From NCBI GenBank assembly GCA_977030845.1, contig OZ365115.1, forward strand, positions 31,186,001 to 31,250,000: a stretch of DNA of 64,000 nt, written 5' to 3'. Under the pieces are notes generated by a model. That model did not search any database. It was given only the letters and a program-made list of their open reading frames with translations, and was not told the origin of the DNA. The stretch is from Fimbriosthenelais zetlandica. Its lineage: Eukaryota. Below are positions 38,067-51,752 of this stretch, one piece after another (the stretch's first letter is position 1; the number at the start of each line of letters is the position of its first letter). Both the position numbers and the translations under genes were made by a program.

Positions 38067-39961
38067 CTACGGTTCATATCGATACATAGGGTTAACATTT
38101 TATCATAGGTGTCATTGACAGTGACAGTGTATCAATTCTCCTGTGACATTAGTTCATTGAAATAAAATGTTCCTTGTCAGGTCACACAATCTGATTAGTA
38201 ATTGGAATAATCAGGGTCTAAGACCCTTCCTTTGGGTAGGGGATTTATGTGAAATTTAACAATCCTGAAATGAATTAACAATATGACAAGGTTCTATGCT
38301 GATCACACACATCATTGAGGTGTTCAGGAAAAATCCACTCCGAAGAGCTGAGAGAAAAATCTAGACACACATTAGTGAAAACCGTGGGTCACACCGTCAC
38401 ACTGCAGTTACTTACATCATCTAATGTACGCATGCCATTTCCCTGATTACAGTATTTCCAAGGAAAATAGGGAGATCACGCTAGGTGTGTGGACATTGGC
38501 TATCACAGCTGATCAAGAAAGTAAATTAGTTTCATTTTGTCTGATGTGGTCACACTCATGGTAAAAAACACATGGTTCTGATTCTGCATTGTGATGCAGA
38601 TCATGTTGAGGGAGTTTCGGATTCACATCTGGAGAATGGGTACAGATCTTGGTCACTCTGGAATTGGGCTATAGAAGGAAGAGGACTGACGGAATTTCCA
38701 GGATGAATGGATGATTTCGAGGGGAAATGGGGGCTGTGTCAATCTTTCCTAACCTTTGTTGTTTTGCGTACAACTGTAACAGTTCGTCGACTCCACTGAT
38801 CCCCTGAGGGGGCTTGAGGGGGTATAGGCCCCTGGCTCTGAGAGGTAAAGTTAACACAAGATTAACAATTATTTCTATTCATACTTTAACATTAAAAGAC
38901 ATCAATGTAAAAGAGAATGGGAAAGAGAGGAGAGCAGAGGACACACTGCATCCATCGGTACTCTAGGGTAGCAGTTATATTGAAGAGAATTATTGTGACT
39001 ACATCAAGACAAGATAGGGCATAGTTCATCCTCAGTTTCTGCTGTTCATCAAAAAGATGAATGACAGTAGATTCAGCTAAATATGTAACTTCATCACATG
39101 AAACCGACAAAACTGAACATGCAATCTGAGAGCTAAACACCAACGATGACAGCATGCAAAACACTAAAGTACCGACAAGCATGAAAATATCTCAAAGCAA
39201 TTAAGACTCATCAATGAATGATAATGTAACAACAATTTGGCAATGAAAACAAAATAATAGCAAAACAGTGATAACGGTATATTGATATGGACAACACCTG
39301 AAATTAAATGAAAAGGAAAGAATAAGTTGATTAGCATCTATAATCACAGATAATTATTTTTTTTCACCATGAATATCCGCAGAAAAATATAGCAAACAGC
39401 AAGAGAGACAACACTGAGAAAAAGAAAAGAAACTCCACGACAATGAAAGCAAATTCTAAGACGAAAGAGATGCAATTCACCATCACGTTTTAAATTGAGT
39501 CACACCATAGATTTAGCTAGCTAAATTCATTCTGAAAACATGTAACATTTACTAGTAAGTCTGCTATCCCTAATTAATTCTCACAAAGGAACTGAATAAA
39601 ATGTGAAGGAAATCAATGATTTTCTATGAGAAAGCATTGATATTTTTAGTGGCTAGCTAAACCCATGATGTAGAAGTGATGGCTATGCCAGGTGATTAAA
39701 TAAAGATCCAGACATATCCATGGACAAGAGGTGCAGAGAGATGATATAAATGGACACAAAGAGGACTGAAGCAAGAGCAGGCACACAATCTGCACGATGG
39801 TCGCCATTACAATACCAAAGATGACGAGGAATAGAAGCAGCAGAGAGATGTGCATGAGAAGGACTAGAGGAACCAGTATCAGGGTTACCAAGATACCAGT
39901 ATTCAAGCTACCAGCATCCTAGTTCTGACCCTTCAACTTCATGTTGACAGCTTCCACATAC

Positions 39962-40792
39962 CGGTTTGATGGTTCGAGATGGGGTACCTTCTGGAGAACG
40001 AGCGTAATCATAACCAGTGATCTTGTGACCGATCGCGACTGGGGATCTCTTGGGTGGTTCTTCTGGGGAAGGTGATTGTTCAGCCTGGGGTTCAAACCTC
40101 GAGGGTTGTGAAGGTGTCACTGATTCTACCCTAGCTTCTGGTTCAGGTTCAGGTTCTGAGTCTGATTCCGTGGCTGGATTCTCAGCCTCTAGATCTGATT
40201 CTATATCAGGTTGATTGTCTATATCGTCATATTGATGGTCAGGGCTGGGTGTCCTGGGGATCGGGTTGGCAGGGCGTTCTGGCTCAGGTTCGTATTGTCC
40301 ACCTTGCCGCTGTGCAACAAGTTTTTCCCTCTCTTCATCTATTCTCTCTTGTTCTTCGTCTAACTGAGCAGTGTGCATCTCTACCATCATCTGAAGCTGG
40401 CTGATCTGAGACATGGGAGATAAGTCAAATTCAGCGTCCTCCATTTCTGCTCTTGGTGCTTGTGCTTCACCAAAATCAGCCAGCATGTCTTCATAGGCAG
40501 CTTCAGCAGTGCTATGTCTCTCACTGGGGGGTGAGCCAGAGGCAGATAGACTGAGACTTGTTCTCGACGTGTGAGTGCCATTCTCCCCCTGTTGACTGGA
40601 CAGATCACCTTCCATTGCTTCACGGTCACCTTTCTCTTTATACTCGTCATCGTCGTCATCCTCAACGACGTCTTCGACGTCAGAGTTGGGGGAAGCGGGA
40701 GAGTATGTGATGACAGCGTCAGTGGTGGTGTTTGTGACGTCAGAGTGGGTAGCTACAGAGGAGGCAGCAGCGGCGACAGCAGCAGCAGCAGC
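39962..40792 (-). CDS. Acidic/Pro-rich exon with a short coiled-coil-like stretch (277 codons)
   Basis: 325-aa ORF; strong donor CCG|gtatgt at 39962. Acceptor either ccacag (40792) or attcag (40876), both phase 0. Confidence 0.85.
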
Positions 40793-43603
40793 CTGTGGAT
40801 CCAGACATTGGTGCACATGCTCAACAGATACATACAGAAACCAGAAACACAAGGCCTCACACAGCAATCCAAACACCTGAATCACTGCTAAACAATTTCA
40901 TCAACTTCCAGAATACAAACTTTTTGAGGACTACTGAAGATTTAACTCGGACTGAAATATCCTTCCGAAAAAGTGTCCAACAGTTTTGTGAGATCCAATC
41001 TAAAGTTTAAAATTATTCAACAGTGATTCACTTGGATTGTCAGAGACGGTGGGAGCAGATTTTATCCTTAAATTTGTAGTCAGAAAACATGGAGAAGGAA
41101 GAGAGATGTACATTTATATTGTCATCTATTTTGAGTTCTGCAACTGAAAATACAGTGGCTACTATTTAACACCTAACCATTGCAATCAAATTAAAACCAC
41201 TTAATGACTAAGAGACAAAAAGATCTTTTATCAATTAAGAAAATGTGCACCACCAGACAACAACATTATAGAATTCAAAATTCAAAAATATAGGAGTATT
41301 CTTCGTCTAAACAAAGGTTCTTAAAAGGGTTTATACTTGATTGCACTAGCCACGTTTTATACCTGAAAGGAAAGTATATAAATTAAAGGCTGTCCTTTGC
41401 GTCCAACATGGGAAATGAACCCTCTAGATTTGGATGGAATACTATTTGATTAAACATACCAGAAACCATGCCATTGATAGAAACCTATGCTGAAAATGAA
41501 AATGAAATGATTGAAACACAAGAACTTGAATGGCTTCGGGCTAAGATATGTACCTTTGAAGGTTATCCTCTGTTGGAAACTTGGCTCTGAATTTTCGTTC
41601 AGGCAATCAAATTGATGTTAGTTTTCAAGTTTAGCTATTATTGCAAGGATGAGGAAAGGACTAGCTGCAAAAAGTAGCTTCGCTGCAGCACGCCACTCAC
41701 AAACAATGTTAACACCCGCTTCTTTTTCACAGTTGAGAAAAATCCCAGTACATGTACACTGGAGAAAGTGCCCAACTCAGCAAATATTCCACATGGCCCT
41801 GGGGATGTGTAAAGTGGGATATATCTCAAAAAATCTGTTACAATCTAAGCATTTACTAGACTAAACTCAAGAGGTCCTGCCATGAAAATGTAGGCATCCA
41901 ATCCCTACTGTGTATAGGATATACCCCACCAGAGATAATTTAAAGAACAAAGGTGCATGGACTTGTAATGCTATGATGAAATTATTGTCTATCTGCACCT
42001 GTGGCAGGGTAAAAATAACCTGCAGTTATTCTACGATTCCTCATATTGTGGCCATATGCTGAATGGCATAAAACAAACAAGACACGTACAATGTACCCTC
42101 CACCTATTTATGTTGCAGATATGAAGTCTTTCCATACTGGATGGATTAAACATGGGATCAACGGGATTTCAATTTTCCAAATTCAGAGGATTGGAGATTT
42201 GTTATTTTGCTACAACAGCATATATCTTTTAAGGGAAAAATCTACTAGCAACTTTATATTTCTTGGGTCTAACATTTAACCCTAAGTTTTGCCAACTCCC
42301 ACGAGCCTAGATACAGATACTCTCTATATTATAGGCCAATAATCCATGCCAGTCAATGTTCACAACAGCCCATAGACCTATTGCAATCTAAGCTTGATGA
42401 GGAGGTTACCCTGAACACAGGGAGGTAGAGAGTATAATGAAATAGCAGTCAGTGTGTTGTAAGCCACACAGGCCACGTGCCAGCACATGGTAAGAGCGCA
42501 TGGTCAAGCATGTTGTTTACATTAGGTGAGTTACTCACACTCTCACTCACTTCTTTATGTATACCCTCAACGTTACACTCACCATACCACGGTGCTTACC
42601 TCAACCTCTACCATAGGATCATCCTCTAAATTAACATCCACCCAAGGCTATGTTTTTTCAGTCAGTCACAATGGCCTTGGAGATAACTAACTCAGGAAAG
42701 AGGTTGGGAAAGAGAAAAGTGGCCAGAAAACAAGAGTGTCGGTTGTGTATATGAAAGGTGATCATGGGAGGGTCAGGGTTTGACTTGGGGTGTAGGGTCT
42801 CCTGTAGAACCCTATTGATAGCCAGTGAATCACACTCCAGCCATGTTAAAGCCGGCCTGAATCATGTTACCAATGTATCCAATGTCAATCATTTCACCCC
42901 GGCTTATGTTACAGGTGAACGCTACTAAACACCCCAGATACAAGCTATCAACCTGTCTATGAATTTACAAATATTTAAAGGTCACCTTAATGTTTAAGAA
43001 TAAGTGAAATTAAACATTATAGGATTTCATTGCATCCATAAATATTTATCAAGAAATAAGAGATAACTTGATAAAAATAGTTCCAGTGCAGTGAATGATA
43101 TTTTCAAAAAAGTATATTGAACTTTTTTGAACATAATCTGTCCTGTTATGTGCAAATGATTATCTTTGAGACACACGTGTTACAAGTATAAAACATGGAG
43201 GTGTATCACATGTTACTTTCACATGATTTCGTCCACCTGGAGAGAGAGAGTCATACGTGTGTAGACTCAGCTGTAGTAGGCAATAGTATGACCCACAAAA
43301 AATAGTGCAGCAGTGCAGTCTTGACCATGAACGGTCAATTTCTTTCAAATTATCTAAAATCTAAAGGTCACAGAATAAGCAAGAATCGTATGAAAATTAT
43401 CTCATATAGATAACGGTATTTTCCCCTGCATTATTTGGAATTACATGCCCTTCCAATTTTTGTTAGATTACACATAATTCATTTTCATATTTTCCATAAA
43501 ATTATTTTTATAAATATCTTCTCACCTCTGTTATGATATAGACAATTCCATTGATGCCGGGGTTGGGGCGGTAACTCAGGTGATTGGTATAATTATAGGG
43601 TAC

Positions 43604-43732
43604 CTTCCGCCACTGACCCTGGCTGTATGTCCAGGCCATTGTCTGTCCTAGCTTGACCACTGAGAGAGGGGTACTGTTGGCAACCAGGCTGACCAGGTGC
43701 TGGGGTAAAGACTGGTCAATATAATGGACCAT
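43604..43732 (-). CDS. Candidate alternative first exon (MVHYIDQ.../MAWTYSQGQWRK)
   Basis: Two in-frame ATGs (43732, 43639), phase-0 donor AAG|gtaccc. Confidence 0.3.
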
Positions 43733-46700
43733 GCCTCAAATGGTCGTTGACCATTGATGGACCGAAATGTGATCGATTCAATAGTATGGAAGTCCGTATG
43801 CAATTTTTTTCAACTCAATGAATTTCACTTGAATCAGATATTGATAAGATTACATATTAAAAAATTCAAATGAAAACTGTCTGCATGGGACCAATAAAGG
43901 CACACAAGTATTCTGACCGGATATTGATAATATTATGGGAAAAGACATATTTCTTTCAAATTAACATGAAACTCTTGTTTATTAATTATCAAACCAGATC
44001 CTGTTAGAGGTATTTCTGCCTCCCATAGGGCCTGCCTGTCAGACTCCCAGCTGTGGAGGGCATGGTGGGTGGCAGGGATGAAAATTTCATGTCACACCTG
44101 ACTCCAAACCATAGGTGACTACCACTGCATGATCCAGCCTATTATATAGGTCATGAACAGACACCAATGCTTTCAAGCCATGTTGGTGTAATAAGCACAT
44201 TGGTTTTTTGTAATGTCTATTCATAAAAAAGTATTCTTGAAATAGTGAAAATATTGTCATCTCAGATTAAGTCAAAATCTCTTGAGAAGGAACACAACAT
44301 GTCTGGCCAGTCTCTCCCAATATTCAAGCCACGCGAGATTATTATTTCAAAGGAAACATAAGAAGTGATGAGATAGTCTTTTAGATATAGCCAGAAGTGA
44401 GAAAGCTTCCTTCTTGTATCTAGCTGTAGAGAGCAGTGCCAGGCATCTGGTCATGATCCTGCACCCTGCTAAGATTAAACATATCAAACCTCTGCTCTAT
44501 CAGAAGCATAAGAAAACCCTAGACTAGGAGGATCACTCACTGACTGATATATGATGTATGTCAGTGAAAGATCAGCTCAGGTCTGAATTCTTGTTTTATA
44601 CACACGTTTTTATCACTCTTGACAGCTTTGGAAAGCACTTGTTAGAAAGCCACTGGAGCAAAGTGAAAAAGAAATCTGAGACCCATGGCTAAATGCCATA
44701 CATATAAAAAAATACAGAGCAGTTACTGATGATGAGCATTAAAAATAGTTAGGTTCCAAAATGTTAAATATGTACAGGAGACTATATTATATTACACTCA
44801 AAGTTTTTTCAGGTTGAAAAAATAATCAAAGAGTGACTTCACGCAGTATATAATTTACCTTGAAGGTTAAATTCAACTAAAACATAGAAGGCCTAGTCTA
44901 TGTAGACTATTCCTTTGCCTACATTCCCTTGTTTAAAAAGTGACTAGCCTATCTATCTGGGGTATTATCTAAACACAACAGTTTATATTTGCTGGCTTTA
45001 GTGGTAACAGGAGCTTCTGATACACAGTATCCTCACTCACTGCGTTTTTAAACAGCTTGTATGGTCGAAATGTAGACCAGTTTTTTGTAAGCTAACAAAT
45101 GTTGTTTTTCAATCTGTTTTGGCAATATGATCATTTTCAGCAGGCACATAAAAAGTTGTGTGTATCTCAGAAGAAGGGTGTTGGAAAGTTATATACATCT
45201 TATCATACGGTAGTTGTGAAGACAGACAGTGAAATAGCTGAGTTAGCAGGAGATTGAAGGAACACATACCACTGTCAGCACTGACATGGATGACAGCAAG
45301 ATGATAACAAGCGTTATTTTCCATTTGTATACTGCTAATACGTATCTCAGAGACATGAGAAAAGTTCTGAGAAGTAAGGAGTATTCATTCTAATTCGTTG
45401 GAAGTAACTATTGTCTTAAAGGTGAACCCATCCAATAATGCATTGAAATATTAAAAAATATTCAATTGTGTTTTCATAATGTTCTGGATAACCTTTCGTT
45501 ATTGAATATAGCTCATGTTAAGAGTCCATCAATTGACGTTCACCCATCCCTCATCTCATGCCGTGACATTTTGTCTGCAGTTTTTTATCAGGAGTAATAA
45601 TAAGCTGGTCTACGCACCTCCCACCTCTAGTCTATAATGAGAGGTATTAGTCATCAGAGTTCATGCTCAGAATTCATATCATTTACCTCGAGCTGGTATA
45701 GTCATTAGGAAATGATTCGTCCATTCTGAATGGGCGGACATTATACTGCATAGAAATCAGTCATAAAATTTACAACTGACAAGGGAATTAAGATTCCTTG
45801 ATCAGGGTTAATATGTGTTCAATTTATGTATGATGCGTATACCGTTCACCCAGACACTGACAACCAAAAGGTTGTACCTTTGAATTGAATACTCTTATAC
45901 TGAAGTCAAAGAGTACCCTACTACACTCATTGTTAACATACCCAAAGATTTTACTATATATGAAAGTGGTGCAATGCTCAAAGTAAGGGACAGGATCTGA
46001 GACTGTCAACTTCTGAAGAAACCCGCTTTCTTCATTAAGCATATCTTCAGCTGTGTGCCCCCATTTTTACCACTTTGTGACATGAGACTAATGGGAGGGG
46101 TAAGTAAATGTTAGTGTAGTAATGTCATCCACATAGTTTGCCAATGATGTAACCTCAGTAGTCATGTCATTAGGACTCCCGGTGACTGGAGAAATGGGCG
46201 ACCAGCGGGAGTCACTCACGAGCAGATGAAAAACTCAAATCATCCCAGCTTCTTTATGGCAAAACGGTGGTTGAAGTGGTAGCAGATTTAACACGACAAT
46301 AATATGGAAAGAAATATGTTTCGTCTTGTCACAAATAGGCAAATGAAAATGCCTTCTAAAACTAAAACATATTTTTTGTATAATCCATCATAAGATATGT
46401 ATCTGCAATTACACGCTGCAATTATTCTTGATTGTCCATACCCAGTCACATGATCATTTGACCCAGATAGATCGTATCACATGATTGAAATTGACCTCTA
46501 TCATAGCCAAAGCTCCCATATGCGGACACAAAGTTACCAGTGTGTGTGCATGGTGCATGGAAAGCAATTAGTTCAGCCATTACTTTAATTAACATAACTT
46601 GGTAATTAACATGGCCAGTGACCCAATTAAACATAATAATTATTATTATTTCTCCCATAAAGCAAGGATCCTAACCCTGAAAAGACTCTTTTGATTCTAA

Positions 46701-47394
46701 AGGTGAGACAGGTAAAATTGATGTACCTGATACCGAGATATTAATAGTCATTTTCAACTGAACTATCTCAATTCATCTAACACCAATAATCAGGGCCTAT
46801 AATAGTCTAAGATTTAAATCTTTCCAACCCAGACATCATTTAAACTGCATAAAAACCCTGCATTTTTCCCAAAACTAAAAATAGCATTTCCTGGAAGTGA
46901 AATACAGCCCCAAGCACGGATCAGATGTCAGTAACCCATAAAAATGCACCGAGAAATATTTGTGGTTAATGTCTCGGCTGATTTTCTTGGATCCCCTGGG
47001 ATCCTAGTTCCTGTTCCGGGCAGGGGAAGGGGCAGGAGGTTGGGGAGGAAGGGGAGGGGTACAGTGTAGTTAAGGGGCACGAGGTTATCCTAGAAAGAGA
47101 CCCATTTCTAGGCATCCAGGAACCGAGAGGCAATAAAACTATCAGTAAGTGGAGGAATGTCAAATGGGGACCAGGTGATGGTCTGGTCAACCATTTTACA
47201 TAGACTTGTCTTGTGTCTCAGTCTCAAAACCACTCAGGAAGTGAAATGTGGCCCATTATGTGGCTAAGCTACTCTGAATTTTCACCCTATTTTCCATATT
47301 AAATATGATTAATTTCTCCAGGGATATTCACCATGAAAGAGTGATGGCTGGACCAGAGGTGAAAGTTAAATGTTGATTGAACAAATAACAAAAA

Positions 47395-47562
47395 TCAGGG
47401 TGATTGGCAACTCGATAGGTTAAGAGAGTGGGATGGTTCAGTTGAGGTGAATGAATCATGGAATCTGGGTGAGAGGCTCTTTGAGGTCTTGGCCTCGTGC
47501 ACTTCCTCAAAGGTGTGTTTATGATTTGTATCTTTATCAATCACAGGTGTAATTTTTTCTCT
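47395..47562 (-). CDS. Weak candidate terminal exon REKITPVIDKDTNHKH...SCQSP*
   Basis: Acceptor gggtatttttcag; only the phase-0 frame is open (55 codons); no donor seen. Confidence 0.22.
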   Translation of the reverse strand, partial: REKITPVIDKDTNHKHTFEEVHEAKTSKSLSPRFHDSFTSTEPSHSLNLSSCQSP

Positions 47563-49076
47563 CTGAAAAATACCCAAAATATCTTGTTTCCATCATACTT
47601 CACTTTCATCATAAATCAAGACATTTTCCATGAAGCATTTTTCTAACCTTACCTCAAGACACATACACGTACATATTATATTCCAGAATCGGAATTACCT
47701 AATTTAAACATTATGTTGCAGAGACATAACAAGTATTTCAAAGAGTGAAGCCAGACTATTCATGGGATTATATTTCATGAAGTCTTCTAGGAAAACATTT
47801 CCTTTTAGCAGAGACATAACAATTCCTGGTTCTACGGATGTGAACTTATTGTAAACTTTAGGATGTCATTGGCTTCTTGAGACAGAATACCAGGTGGTAT
47901 AACCCTCTGGTGCACGCGTCCAGTGCAAGGGTATAAACCCTGAGAGGGGTCTGATAGAAGTAGGGGTATTTATTCCCCTACTCTCTAACCCTACTTCTAA
48001 TCTTAATGTATAGACTCCACAGACATTGGAGTACCCTAGGCTTTCTTATCACCAGGTACATATAACACAACCCATATCCTAGACTTGCTCCTCTCACGCT
48101 CTCAACACTAAGTGAGGAGTTCAGATTAGTTTCTTGAAACAATTATAATCCATTCGTGGAAAATTATATTCCATTTGTGGAATGGCAACATGCAATATTT
48201 TCAACCTTCCAAATGCAATTAAATACTTTTCCTCAGAATGCAAAACTATTTATCAAGAGAGTGCCATTTTCATTCTGAAAGCCAATTTTCTGGCAATGGG
48301 AAAATATACCAATTTCACGATTGTAAATCTTAGAGACTTTGTGATGCAATATGACTTCTCACAAAGAATTTACCTAAGTCTATTTACAACCAAAACTAAG
48401 GTCCACAAGCTTGGAAAAACACTAATAAAACACCCAAGATTTACTCGCAATCGTAAATCTTTCTCTTTTCCACATCTCCTCTCTGACACAAACAAACGAG
48501 GTGTAAACAAATGAGAGAGATAAGACCCTGCATTAGTGGAATTTATTTCAATATGACGGACCTCAGCTATCTATACTGAGCTACTTTTCTCAATCTGAGC
48601 TCGTTTTCTGGGATTTACAATGACAGGCAGTGGATATAGTATGTACAGGTAAGCATATTTCTACCTGCGGATTTAAAAATACTGCAATAGTGAATACCAC
48701 CCTGACATTCATTCATATCTTGTAGGTTAAGTCGAAATCATTGTAACCATGAAAAAGTTAATGCACCTTACCACTATTACTAATGCCTCTCCTCAGGACT
48801 TCTCATAAACAAATTACTCATATCTTGTATCATATCTCTATACATTTTGATCAGAATACCCAATACTTTAAGGGTTATATATCAGGATTTTGTAGTAATT
48901 TCTGTATTTTTCTTTCATTAAGCCGCTTATTTACACTGATCAGTGATGGATGCCTCACACTGTGAGGTGTATAGGAGGTCTGTCTATTGCTGCCTCACCT
49001 GGTGATGAGTAAGGAGGCATCTAGTACAGCCTCACTCTACCAGGTGGCACGACAGGCGGCCAGCCATTCCTCGCGT

Positions 49077-49110
49077 CTATAAATAGTAACCGTCTGATCA
49101 TCAGTTGTTG
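49077..49110 (+). promoter_or_regulatory. Candidate antisense TATA + Inr core promoter (also a MEF2-type site)
   Basis: CTATAAATAG 49077-49086, TCAGTT 49101-49106, GC/E-box-rich upstream flank, donor-like CAG|gtagtt near 49196. Confidence 0.25.
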
Positions 49111-50479
49111 GGAGGCTGAGTGAGGAGTCACCAGAACCAGTCATTCATACACATTTGGCCTACAACTTTTTAAGTTCCTACCTTCTCTGTGTACAGGTAG
49201 TTGAAATGTTTTTCACCAAGCAATTAGTCTAAGTACTCAGAGCCATTAATTATTTCAAACCAAGTTATTAAATGACAACAAGGCAACGTTAACAGATGCC
49301 TAGAGAGGTACTTTTTTAAAACAGTTTCCTTTGGAATTTTAGGAGCTTGGTGAAGAAAGTTGGTGTGAAAATATATGTAGAAGAAGGGGTAAGAGGACAG
49401 GTTATTTTGAGGGTAACCTTTGGCCTGAAAACCGGGGGCTTAGACTCCTGGAGAATGTCACAGAATGCTAAGAGCTGGTAACATGAAGTATGGTTACACA
49501 GCTAAGATAGGCAGATAAGGACGAAGAGGGGGAAGAAAATGGTAGTTCACAGTGGAACCTAAATTTATTCTCATATTCTGTCTTCGGGTATTTCCATGAA
49601 AGATACGTTACAAATTCATCCAAGGCAATTAAGTAAATGGTCCACAAACATATTTCTCACCAAATTCCCATGTGCTGAGGTTGAAAAACACTTTCATGTC
49701 ATTTCATGTTGGTCATCGTATATTATGATATCATTGATACACCTTGTTCAGAAAAGGAATTTGAAGACAGAGAGATGAGGTGCTATAGGACAAACAGCAA
49801 GCAAGTGAAGGGTCAGTAAATCTAGCCCAGGCCACCAGGTGTCCAGCATGTTCTCTTGGTTACTCTAACACTTACAGGCCTGCCACTAATCCAGCCTAAT
49901 CCCTGCTTAATCCCCCCTCTGTCAGTAGTATGGTTAGAACCTTGCCAAGATAGTTCCTGCAATAAATGCTTAAACCAAGGTGTTGGTTCAAACAGGGTCA
50001 TTGAAAGCACTGAGGCAGAGGATAGGAAGTTTCACCTCAGCAACATTTCAGTAAACGGGGAAAGCTTGTGAGACCATTTAAATGCATCAACCAAGGCGTT
50101 AATGAGTTCAGACAGGGTCATGTAGGGCCATGGACCCTGTGGACCTCAGTACAGGTCCCTAATGAATTTTAACCGAACTTGTGAAGTGAAAGAATATGAT
50201 GCGGAAGGGCAGACAGAAGAGCAAGAGATGGAATGAGGAAGAAGAATAGAAAAGAGTTAAAGAAAGATTCCGTGTGAGGAATAAGTAGGTCAACTTGAGG
50301 GTAAGATTACAGGATCAACATCCTCCCAGCCACCACTTCCTCCTCCTGATCCTCCTCCACCCTCCACCACTACACCACCTGGCATAAACAGGATCCAAAC
50401 CTTACCAATCTCATCATAGTGTCATTGTCTTAGAACTGAACACCCTGCAGACTACACTGCTCACTTCCTGTATACATAG

Positions 50480-50690
50480 GGCTTTACGATAGCAGTTTGG
50501 GGTGCAGGCCTCAACTGGGCTTTTATAACAGGCCTGGAAGCCTAAATTGGGCTTTTACAAAGGCAGTTCTGTTTGTCTGGATTGTGCTTTTTTAAAACAA
50601 AGGCAGTTTTTGGATGCCTCAATTGGTCTTTCATAATAGCAGTTCTGGAATCTTGAATTTGGCTTTTACAATGACATTTTCGGATGTTCT
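50480..50690. repeat. Degenerate ~35-bp minisatellite, about 5-6 units
   Basis: Recurrent cct(c/a)aa(c/t)tgg(g/t)cttt...a(a/t)(a/g)gcagtt(c/t)tg units. Confidence 0.7.
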
Positions 50691-51708
50691 GAGAGCATAA
50701 TACCTGGGAGTGCAAACCAGGGTAAGGTTTTTGACGGAGAGTTAAGCCACCTACTAAACTAACTTAGGAAGAGAGATAATGACAAAACGTTTTCCGTCCA
50801 CTTAACATACAACTACCCAAGACATTTCTTTCAACTAGTCTGTAAAAGATCTCAGCAGAAAATGAGCATTTGCGAGGGGCGGTTTGGCTCCGGAAGCTGG
50901 AGCGATTGTTTGGACACCTTGAGCCCATCTATGTGTAGAAAAGCTTGGCAGGCAACCAGCGGTTAACCTCTCTTTAAAGGTGCCTTTGAATCGCACCTCC
51001 CCGACCCGTATGGAGGCTATTAGGAGAGTAGTTTTTGACCAAACTTTCCTTCTTGAAGACATAATGGTTCTAAATAAACTACATCCGGAGGCGTGTATAC
51101 GTGGGAAATTGAGTGAAAGTAATTTTTTCCAATCGTTTTCTTCCCGTGAAAGGACTGTAAAGAGTTTACACTCGGATCTGGTACATTTTGGAAATTGGTT
51201 GTCTGGACAAAGACGTCAAAACATTGAGAGTAAAAGTCAAAATGTTTAAATCCAAGAAAAAAAGTTCATGGGAGAGTGAAAGCCCTACGTACTGCCCTTT
51301 AAAATGACAGACTGCATGGCAAACAGCCCAGTAACTATTCTATTCTTGAAACAGTAAAGGAGAATAACGTGGGGAATTATACTGAGAAATACTACTGACA
51401 ATAAGAAATTCAGATGACATATCTGAGATGACCACCTACTTTTATATCGAAGGAGAGATCCCGAAGAATCTGTGAGATTTTGCTCTGAGGTCGATACACA
51501 ACTAACATTGGAAGTGGTAGTGTTAGTAATCCATGTAATATAATCCATACAACAATGAGGCAACAAGTGACAGTCTTATCCCCCAAATCTGCCAGCTCAG
51601 AAAGAAAATCCCCAGAATATGTCATAAAATGTTCAATTCAGGTTCACCATTTACCTGTCATTTTTACACATTCTCACAGATGTTGCACTGGCCAGCCGTG
51701 ACCATTGG

Positions 51709-51752
51709 GTTTCCAAGGCAACGCCCCTAACAACAAGCAGTTGCCTGGAAAC
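51709..51752. promoter_or_regulatory. Pair of RFX X-box-like sites
   Basis: GTTTCCAAGGCAAC (51709-51722) and GTTGCCTGGAAAC (51740-51752); minus-strand donor ATGACAG|gtaaat ~55 nt downstream. Confidence 0.5.

Larger units (their letters stand above)
365..40792 (-). other. Multi-exon gene model for an EPLIN/LIMA1-LIMD2/Xin-class LIM protein with an internal ~60-aa repeat array; 3' end lies off the left edge, 5' end uncertain (candidate exons up to ~62.1 kb)
   Basis: Eleven minus-strand exons bounded by AG/GT whose phases chain without frameshift (0-0,0-0,0-0,0-1,1-2,2-0,0-0,0-0,0-1,1-0,0-2). Junction peptides read naturally (RTIKP|VAAPAP, TIVE|THTGG, YNP|AEYF, RYIPE|PIRFTPPR, GVIIM|GAGDNRC). 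Confidence 0.75.

Noticed and set aside
39908-39961. VCGSCQHE at the end of the 325-aa ORF looks like the start of a LIM domain
   Set aside because: It lies after the strong donor CCG|gtatgt, has no further ligands and hits a stop; it is intronic read-through.
50480-50690. ~35-bp repeat array as a CRISPR-like array
   Set aside because: Units are degenerate and contiguous, with no unique spacers and no cas genes; the context is eukaryotic.
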